A program made the translations under genes and the position numbers. DNA of 43,900 nucleotides from Chitinophagales bacterium (lineage in GTDB: Bacteria; Bacteroidota; Bacteroidia; Chitinophagales; Chitinophagaceae): positions 1-43,900 of the forward strand of contig JAAFHG010000001.1 of NCBI GenBank assembly GCA_013297585.1, read 5' to 3'. This document shows positions 36,987 to 43,900 of this stretch, one piece after another. Within the stretch, counting starts at the first letter, position 1, and each line of letters opens with the position of its first letter. The notes beneath the pieces are model-generated. The model was not told the origin of the DNA, made no database searches, and saw nothing but the letters and a program-made list of their open reading frames with translations.

Positions 36987-38099
36987 CTACAAAACAGCCG
37001 ACGCTATACCCATCTGCAATTGCTGATACGCATTGTTGTAAGTATACAATTCTGACAATGCTTGGCCTGCGGCTATTTTTTGGCTGCGCAAATTTTCGTC
37101 TTTATAAAGTAACTTCATGTGATTGGCAATAGTTTCTACATCGTCTTTTGCCACGGTTAGCACTGCATTGTTAATGGCGTTGCTAAAACTGTTATTTTCT
37201 AAACAAATCACCGGCACATTTGCCTGAAAGGCTTGTAAAATGGGCAAGTAATACTGTGACTGATTAACAAGCGATAACACAGTATAAGCTGCACCAAATA
37301 GTTTGGCCTCTACATCTAGTGGCTCACTTTCTAGCAATTCAATATCCTCTCTGTACCTATAGGTTGCCATTTTCTCGCTTAGTTGGTTTTTATAATCTGC
37401 AATATGGCCTAGCACCAGCAGCTTCATGCTGCTCTTTTGCCATTTTTTAAAAGCAGAAAAGGCTTTTAGTAAATTGATAAATTCATGAAACGTAAAAGCG
37501 CTTGCCACTGCTAAAAAATACTCTCTACCATCTGCATAGCCGTCTTTTACCACATTGATTTCAATATAGTTAAGGGGTTTAAATATGCCATGTGCAGCAC
37601 CAGTTACAATTTGGATCCGATAGCTATCGGGTTTAGACCCGATAGCTATCGGGTTTGAAATTTGAAATTTAGTTGATAATTCGTTCTGCAACATTTCAGC
37701 GCCAACGATAATATTACTCGCTTTTTGTAATGATTTTTTTACTACTAAGCTCTTGGTGGATAATGCTGTATTTACAAAAACAATTTGCTGAAAATTACCA
37801 GTAATACAACCATAACCAGCCAACTGCATTACCAAATTTGCTTGTATTTTTTTTAAAATAGCTGGCAATGTAACCGCACTAAATAGTAATAATCCACTTG
37901 CAGAAACTGGTTCTTTTTTTACTAGTTCAATCTTACAATTTGCTGGTAACAATTCTGCATCAACGGCTGCATTTACAATAAATACAAAGCTATTTTCTGG
38001 CTCTTGCTTAGCCTTGTGCAGCATTAGCTCTACCAAAAAATCAACATCAAAATTGATGGTATTGGTTTGTAATTGTATGGTATTGATTGCAATAATCAT
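36987..38099 (-). CDS. GT4-like glycosyltransferase (degenerate) containing two palindrome insertions
   Basis: M.IAIN start; NLLKAFS.FKKWQKS.MKL and LPIL.A....VPVI GT-B features. The EGFGLP..EA motif reads SQYYLPILQA. Confidence 0.75.
   Translation of the reverse strand: MIIAINTIQLQTNTINFDVDFLVELMLHKAKQEPENSFVFIVNAAVDAELLPANCKIELVKKEPVSASGLLLFSAVTLPAILKKIQANLVMQLAGYGCITGNFQQIVFVNTALSTKSLVVKKSLQKASNIIVGAEMLQNELSTKFQISNPIAIGSKPDSYRIQIVTGAAHGIFKPLNYIEINVVKDGYADGREYFLAVASAFTFHEFINLLKAFSAFKKWQKSSMKLLVLGHIADYKNQLSEKMATYRYREDIELLESEPLDVEAKLFGAAYTVLSLVNQSQYYLPILQAFQANVPVICLENNSFSNAINNAVLTVAKDDVETIANHMKLLYKDENLRSQKIAAGQALSELYTYNNAYQQLQMGIASAVL
37616..37653. repeat. Two copies of the 16-bp palindrome inside the CDS
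   Basis: tccgatagctatcggg-tttaga-cccgatagctatcggg, translated as PIAIG-SK-PDSYR. Confidence 0.9.
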
Positions 38100-38130
38100 A
38101 AAGGCGCAAATGTAAAACGATAAGTGAAAA

Positions 38131-40656
38131 CTAGACTGTTTTCTGTGTTTGTAAATACTTCCAGTAATTAATGCCGTATCGTAATTCTGAAAAAGAATAG
38201 GCGTTACCTAAATGCGCCATCAACGCACCAGCAGCCTGAGAGTCAATGGCATCAATAGCTTCAACCACGGCCATTACTTTTTCTTTTGGCATTATTGCAA
38301 ATACATCTACCTCTTTGGTAGCAATTAATTGTGCCAAATGGCTTTCTACAGTACTTAGCGCTAGGTTGCGTTGCTCGGCTATTTCGCCCGCTGATAACCC
38401 CTGTTTGTGTAAGTTTAAGGTTAGTGTGCTAGAACTTATTTTTTCTGTATCAGTCGCTTTTTCTTTCTTTTCTTTTTTTACTTTTTTCTCATGAATTAAA
38501 GATTGCAGATTTTTAGCGTTGCAATAGGTTTGTATAATGCTTAAAAACTGCTGCCCATATTTTTCTATTTTGGCTTCACCAAAGCCTGTAATTTGCTTTA
38601 AATCTTTTTCATCTAATGGTAAATATTTGGCCATTTCTTCCAGCGAAGCACTATTGGCTACGTAATAAATAGGAATGTCTTCAGATGTGCAAAGTTCATC
38701 ACGCAATTCTCGTAACTGTTTGTACAAGATAGGATGTGGTGTATCTACTTTTTTATAAACAGCACCAGCATATGCATTTATCTGTAAATCAGGAATTTGC
38801 AAACCTATTTTTTGCTGCTGATATACTTGCATATTAAAGCCTTCTTTGCAAGTATTTATGAGTTGAAACTTAGTATAAATTTCCGCATACAAAGCTTTTA
38901 AATCGTTGTAGTATTCTTGTGCGTAATTGCGACTATCTGTAACCGCAGGCGATTGCGGTAAGGTTTGTACCAAATAATATAAGTGCTCTAAAAAATATGC
39001 CGCTGCTTTTATTACACGTTCATTTATGGCTAATACATCATTACCCATAAACAGTTGTTGTAACTGTATTTGAAACCTTGCAGCCACTTGCTGAACACTT
39101 CGTAAACGGCTCGCAATATCATTTACCCAAGGCAAAGCTTCTTCATTAAAAGAACCCCCATGCTCTTCTAATAATTTCAATATATCTTCAACGTGGCTTA
39201 CCGCTTTATCAAAGCCAAATAGTTCTGTTATAATTTTTTCTTGATACAATTGCTTACTAAGTAATAAGTTATTTTGCAGCGCAGCAGCATTACTTTTTGT
39301 TTTACCAAAAGCTAAAATTCGTTCATCGGTAAATAAGCTATTATTGGTAATTAAACTTTGCAATACCAAGCCTTCTAAACTAGTACATCTACTTAGTGCT
39401 ACATACACCTGTCCCGGCGCAAATGCGGAACCAGCGTCAATTACAGCTTTCTCAAACGTTAAGCCTTGGCTTTTATGAATAGTAATGGCCCAAGCCAATC
39501 GTAAAGGATATTGTGTAAATGAACCAACCACTTCTTCCTCAATTTGTTGGTTGGTTTGGTTGAGTGTGTACTTAATATTTTCCCACTTTTCTTTGGTAAC
39601 TTTTATGGGTTCAACATCGCCTTTGCATTGCACATAAATAATGTCATCATCAAACTTTTCTATAGTGCCAATTTTGCCATTAAAATAACGACGCACCTTT
39701 TCTTTATCATTTTTAATAAACATTACTTGCGCACCCACTTTTAGTTGCAAGTTTTCCTCAGCAGGAAAGGCTTTATCGCTAAAATCTTTTTCTATTGCTG
39801 CTTTAAAAGTGATTAATCTATTGGGCAAATTTTGTAACCCATGTTGATTAATATCAGTTGCCTTTTTATTATGTGTGGTTAATGTAATATAGCCATCATC
39901 TTCACGGGTAGTAAAGTTGGGTTGGTAACGTGTTTGCAAAGTGGTCATTGCTTCTTCATCCATTTTGTGGTTGCGTACTTTATTCAGTACATCAATAAAC
40001 ACCGCGTCGCTTTGCCGATAAATTTTCTCTAACTCGATATACACGGGTGGTTGCTGCTGTGCCACACGGCTGCTAAAAAAGTAAGGGCTTTCGTAAAATT
40101 GGCTCAGCATGGCCCATTCTTCGTTAGGAATTACTGGTGGCAACTGGTGCATATCGCCTATTAGCAATATTTGCACCCCACCAAATGCATCATATTGCCG
40201 GCCTCTTATATGACGCATCACAGTATCAATGGCATCTAAGGTATCGCATCGCACCATACTTATTTCATCTATTATCAGCAACTCGAGCTGGCGAATGATA
40301 TCTCGTTTTTCACGGTTAATTTTTATTCTGCCTAGCAAATGGTGTTTATCTACAACCGCTTCACGTTGGGATTGTGGTTTAGCATCAAAATTCAAATCGA
40401 AATTGCCCTTGATAGGGCCAGGTACAAATGGTGTAAATGGTAATTGAAAAAATGAGTGAATGGTAGTACCGCCAGCATTAATAGCAGCCACACCTGTAGG
40501 CGCAACAACAGCGCTTTGCTTGCCACTATTCTCTTTAATGTATTTAAGAAATGTGGTTTTACCAGTACCAGCCTTACCTGTTAAAAAAATAGCTTCGTTG
40601 GTAAACTGTATATAATCTGCCGCTAATTGAAATAATTGATTGATTTCGGTTGCCAT
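38131..40656 (-). CDS. PIF1/RecD-like SF1 helicase with HRDC and C-terminal HTH domains
   Basis: TGKAGTGKTT, APTGVAA, IIDEISM, TIHKSQG and YVALSR motifs; HRDC (GFGEAKIEKYG); IAEQRNLALSTVESHL. Confidence 0.93.
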   Translation of the reverse strand: MATEINQLFQLAADYIQFTNEAIFLTGKAGTGKTTFLKYIKENSGKQSAVVAPTGVAAINAGGTTIHSFFQLPFTPFVPGPIKGNFDLNFDAKPQSQREAVVDKHHLLGRIKINREKRDIIRQLELLIIDEISMVRCDTLDAIDTVMRHIRGRQYDAFGGVQILLIGDMHQLPPVIPNEEWAMLSQFYESPYFFSSRVAQQQPPVYIELEKIYRQSDAVFIDVLNKVRNHKMDEEAMTTLQTRYQPNFTTREDDGYITLTTHNKKATDINQHGLQNLPNRLITFKAAIEKDFSDKAFPAEENLQLKVGAQVMFIKNDKEKVRRYFNGKIGTIEKFDDDIIYVQCKGDVEPIKVTKEKWENIKYTLNQTNQQIEEEVVGSFTQYPLRLAWAITIHKSQGLTFEKAVIDAGSAFAPGQVYVALSRCTSLEGLVLQSLITNNSLFTDERILAFGKTKSNAAALQNNLLLSKQLYQEKIITELFGFDKAVSHVEDILKLLEEHGGSFNEEALPWVNDIASRLRSVQQVAARFQIQLQQLFMGNDVLAINERVIKAAAYFLEHLYYLVQTLPQSPAVTDSRNYAQEYYNDLKALYAEIYTKFQLINTCKEGFNMQVYQQQKIGLQIPDLQINAYAGAVYKKVDTPHPILYKQLRELRDELCTSEDIPIYYVANSASLEEMAKYLPLDEKDLKQITGFGEAKIEKYGQQFLSIIQTYCNAKNLQSLIHEKKVKKEKKEKATDTEKISSSTLTLNLHKQGLSAGEIAEQRNLALSTVESHLAQLIATKEVDVFAIMPKEKVMAVVEAIDAIDSQAAGALMAHLGNAYSFSELRYGINYWKYLQTQKTV

Positions 40657-40705
40657 AACTTAGTAAAAATAACACATACTTGTGAAGAAGACAATTTTTT
40701 ACTAA

Positions 40706-41884
40706 TTGCAAAGAGAACAAAGATTTTTACAGAGAAAATACAAAGTAGTGTTAGCGCTTCATTCTTTTTGTACTTTTCGGTTAAACTACTTGTTTTCAGT
40801 TACTTTTAGTCAAATCATTGTTCCGTTGTTGTATTCTTTATTGCAAGTTATTATTCGCCTAGCGCTACGCATTTTTTGTGGCGATATTACTGTGTCTAAC
40901 AAATCAGTTTTACAAAGCAAAGGCCCGCTATTATTGGCTTGTAATCATCCAAATGCAATTTTAGATGCCATTATTATTGGCAGTTTATTTAAGCAACCTG
41001 TACACTATTTGGCAAGAGGCGATGCATTTAAAAACCCATTGGTAAGTAAGCTTTTAACAGCTTTTAAATTAATGCCCATTTATAGATTGAGTGAAGGGCG
41101 TGAATATGTAGCATTAAACGATAACACATTTGAAAGTTGCCACCAAATATTACTACAAGGTGGTATTGTACTAATTTTTTCTGAAGGCTTGTGTAAGCAT
41201 GAGTGGCAATTACAACCTTTAAAAAAAGGCACTGCTCGTATTGCATTTACTGCATGGAATGAACCAAGCATCAGCGACTATTTTCGTGTACAACCTGTAA
41301 GCATTAATTACAACTCATTTACAAAATTTGGCAAACAAGTCATTATTCATTTTGATGAGATTATTAGCAAACAAGATGTTGTTTTTACTGCCAATGAAGG
41401 CGAAAAAATTCAACAGTTTAATAGCTTACTTACCAAGCGTTTAATTAACGGTATGTTATTGGCAAATGGTAATGAAACCTTAGTGCAAACACTCATCGCT
41501 AAGCACAAACAATTCATCCATTCACCTGCTACAGCCATTGCAGATTTAAAACATTTACAAGCCAATTATCAGCTAACTACTTTGCCTAAAATAAGTAATC
41601 AATTACTACTAAAAATATTGCTACTATTGCCTGCTGTTATTAGCTTTCTACTACATGCAGCATTATATTTTCCTATAAAAAAAATGGTGCAGCAAAAAAC
41701 TAATGGCAGTGTTTTTTACGACTCAGTTTTACTTGGTTTATTACTGATAGTTTACCCTTTTTACTACTTGCTTATAAATGTTTTAGCCTTCAGTTTTACC
41801 AATAGTATTGCCTTGCAAATAGTTGTATTATTAATGCCTTTATGGTTATGGTTATTAACTAGTTTTAAGAAGTTATTCCATTAA
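40706..41884 (+). CDS. PlsC-like glycerolipid acyltransferase
   Basis: NHPNAILD (HxxxxD), FSEG and LKKGTAR motifs with C-terminal TM helices. The start is probably about 40 codons downstream of the track start. Confidence 0.88.
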   Translation: MQREQRFLQRKYKVVLALHSFCTFRLNYLFSVTFSQIIVPLLYSLLQVIIRLALRIFCGDITVSNKSVLQSKGPLLLACNHPNAILDAIIIGSLFKQPVHYLARGDAFKNPLVSKLLTAFKLMPIYRLSEGREYVALNDNTFESCHQILLQGGIVLIFSEGLCKHEWQLQPLKKGTARIAFTAWNEPSISDYFRVQPVSINYNSFTKFGKQVIIHFDEIISKQDVVFTANEGEKIQQFNSLLTKRLINGMLLANGNETLVQTLIAKHKQFIHSPATAIADLKHLQANYQLTTLPKISNQLLLKILLLLPAVISFLLHAALYFPIKKMVQQKTNGSVFYDSVLLGLLLIVYPFYYLLINVLAFSFTNSIALQIVVLLMPLWLWLLTSFKKLFH

Positions 41885-41913
41885 AAAAGCCGATGCAAAT
41901 TGCATCGGCTTTT
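41884..41913. terminator. Bidirectional terminator
   Basis: aaaaaagccgatgcaa-a-ttgcatcggctttt between convergent genes. Confidence 0.8.
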
Positions 41914-41933
41914 GAGTATTATTACTACAAGAT

Positions 41934-43073
41934 TTATTTGTTAAACACTGTTGCCAGCTTTTCGCTTAATGTTTCACCACGTAGGTTTTTAGCAATAATT
42001 TTTCCATCAGGATCAATCAATAAGTTTTGAGGAATTGCTTGAATACCATACTGTTTTGCCACTTCATTATTCCAAAATTGTAGGTCAGAAACATGGGTCC
42101 AAGTAAGGTTATCATCATGAATAGCTTTTATCCTTTTGTCCTTTGCATTTGGTTGATCTAAAGACACACTTAAAATGGTGAAAGGCTTGTCTTTATAGGC
42201 GTTGAAGGTTTTTACAACATTCGGATTTTCTCTTCTACAAGGCCCACACCAGCTAGCCCAAAAATCTACCAATACATATTTACCCTTAAAAGATGCTAAC
42301 GAAACTGGATTGCCCAATGTATCATTTTGCGTAAAGTTCATCGCATATTTACCAATGCCTGTTTTTTTAGCGACTTCTATTTTCGCTTTAAAATCTACAC
42401 CAGCAGTACTAGCTTGTGCAGCAGGTGATAGTTGGTTAAACAATGGCTCTACTTTATCGGCATTAATATCGTAACCAGCATATTGCTGTAAGGCGTACAA
42501 ACCAATAGGTGATATAGGATTGCTGTTAATATATTTGCCATACACTTCTTCACGTTGCTTATCGTCTAAAGCATCAATGGCATCTTCAGTTTTTTTAGCG
42601 GCCTCTTTATCCTTGTTTTTATTTTGCTCTGCAAAAACTTTGTACAAAGCTTGCATTTCATCGTTAAATGGTTTTAAAGCAGCCGTTAACTTTTCGTATT
42701 CTACTTGTGCCTTAGAGCCTTTTACAACTATGTTTGAGAAAGAATCTACGTTTTGAATTTTAATATTACTTGCTTCAAGAAATATAGTCGCTACGCTTTT
42801 TTGCTGAATTCTAGTAGTTTTATTCGCTGTGTTTTTTGCCAATAATTGAGCACGTGTTGGTAGCTTAACACTATTTACAAACTCGTATTCACCTTTTACT
42901 ACCACAGCGCTATCGGTAATGCGTTTACCATCTGCACTGTAATTTAAAAACACCATATCAATAGTATCTTTTACATTTTTTAACTGGCCCTTAATTTTGA
43001 AGGCGGCGGTTTCTTTTTGCGCAAATAACACGCTTGGTGCTACTAATGCAGCAATAATGAACAATTTCTTCAT
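41934..43073 (-). CDS. TlpA/AhpC-TSA family disulfide reductase with an N-terminal extension
   Basis: DFWASWCGPCR and IPQN.LID motifs; signal peptide. Confidence 0.93.
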   Translation of the reverse strand: MKKLFIIAALVAPSVLFAQKETAAFKIKGQLKNVKDTIDMVFLNYSADGKRITDSAVVVKGEYEFVNSVKLPTRAQLLAKNTANKTTRIQQKSVATIFLEASNIKIQNVDSFSNIVVKGSKAQVEYEKLTAALKPFNDEMQALYKVFAEQNKNKDKEAAKKTEDAIDALDDKQREEVYGKYINSNPISPIGLYALQQYAGYDINADKVEPLFNQLSPAAQASTAGVDFKAKIEVAKKTGIGKYAMNFTQNDTLGNPVSLASFKGKYVLVDFWASWCGPCRRENPNVVKTFNAYKDKPFTILSVSLDQPNAKDKRIKAIHDDNLTWTHVSDLQFWNNEVAKQYGIQAIPQNLLIDPDGKIIAKNLRGETLSEKLATVFNK

Positions 43074-43144
43074 GGTTACTTTTTATTGCCGTCAAGATAA
43101 AAAAACAGCGAATAAGTTGCTAGTAAAATATTGTGAAAGGTAAA

Positions 43145-43900
43145 TTAGCTTAAATATTTACCTACAATTGGCACACGCCTACCTACACCAAAAGCCTTTG
43201 GCGATACACGAATGATGGGGCAAAACTGATTGCGTTTATACTCATTGGTATTTACCATTTTAATGGCTCTATCTACCAATGCGGCATCAAAACCTTGTGC
43301 TTTAATTTCTACCGGTCCTAAGCGTTTTTCTATGTATTGAAACAAAATTTTATCAAGTACTTCATAGTCTGGCAAGCTGTCACTATCCTTTTGATTTGGG
43401 CGCAATTCTGCACTTGGTGCTTTGGTAATAATATGGTTAGGGATAATTTCTTTGTCACGATTAATATACCTAGCCAAAGCATACACTTGCAACTTGTAGC
43501 AATCACCCAATACACCCAAACCGCCCGCCATATCGCCATACAGCGTACCATAACCTGTAGAAAGTTCGCTTTTGTTAGAGGTGTTTAGCAAGATGTAACC
43601 AAACTTATTTGCAATAGCCATCAACAAATTACCACGGCTGCGACTTTGTATATTTTCTTCTGCTAGGCTAAATGGCAAATCCTGAAAAATGGGTTTCAAC
43701 GTAGTTAAAAATGACTCATACACATCGTTAATACGAATGATGTCGTAAGGATTGTTGAGATTTTTGCTCAGTCCAACAGCATCGTTTACCGAGTGCTCTG
43801 TAGAATAAGGCGAAGGCATTAAAATAGCTCTCACATTATCGCTACCTAAGGCATCGCAAGCAAGGGCAAGTACCACTGCTGAATCGATACCACCACTGCT
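43145..43900 (-). CDS. nadE: NAD+ synthetase, C-terminal part (runs off the window)
   Basis: SGGIDSA at the window edge; EENIQSR.RG, TSNKSE..GY.TLYGD, PSAELRP.QKD.DSLP.Y and EYKR motifs. Confidence 0.95.
   Translation of the reverse strand, partial: SSGGIDSAVVLALACDALGSDNVRAILMPSPYSTEHSVNDAVGLSKNLNNPYDIIRINDVYESFLTTLKPIFQDLPFSLAEENIQSRSRGNLLMAIANKFGYILLNTSNKSELSTGYGTLYGDMAGGLGVLGDCYKLQVYALARYINRDKEIIPNHIITKAPSAELRPNQKDSDSLPDYEVLDKILFQYIEKRLGPVEIKAQGFDAALVDRAIKMVNTNEYKRNQFCPIIRVSPKAFGVGRRVPIVGKYLS

Noticed and set aside
1-43900. tRNA, rRNA, IS transposase or prophage genes
   Set aside because: None were recognisable by eye. A tRNAscan/Infernal run would be needed to exclude small RNAs.

Overview
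AT-rich Bacteroidota chromosome segment, most consistent with a Chitinophagaceae-like organism (gldC, rplM-rpsI-rpsB-tsf order, TAnnTTTG promoters, futalosine-pathway mqnC). The right two thirds (about 15.8-43.9 kb) is mostly housekeeping: an amidohydrolase pair, pip, murA, an ECF sigma/anti-sigma/beta-barrel operon, ribosomal genes, Prx, gldC, a helicase and nadE. The left third (about 0.2-15.7 kb) is accessory. It holds two HxlR/oxidoreductase modules and a decaying type IC-like restriction-modification locus: hsdM has two in-frame stops, hsdS is split, and hsdR is truncated. Inserted in that locus are an rhuM remnant, dinD, a GxxExxY nuclease and a BRO-Fic fusion. The most unusual signal is non-coding or sub-genic. 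(i) About 85-95 bp GTCTGAA...TTCAGAC palindromic elements with 9-bp GATT periodicity tightly bracket the GxxExxY gene and supply stop codons to neighbouring genes. (ii) In-frame DNA palindromes sit inside each of the three BRO/RhuM/DinD-type passenger sequences. (iii) A 16-bp palindrome CCCGATAGCTATCGGG occurs six times, nests in other repeats and has entered a coding sequence twice. All calls come from reading the sequence; no searches were run.
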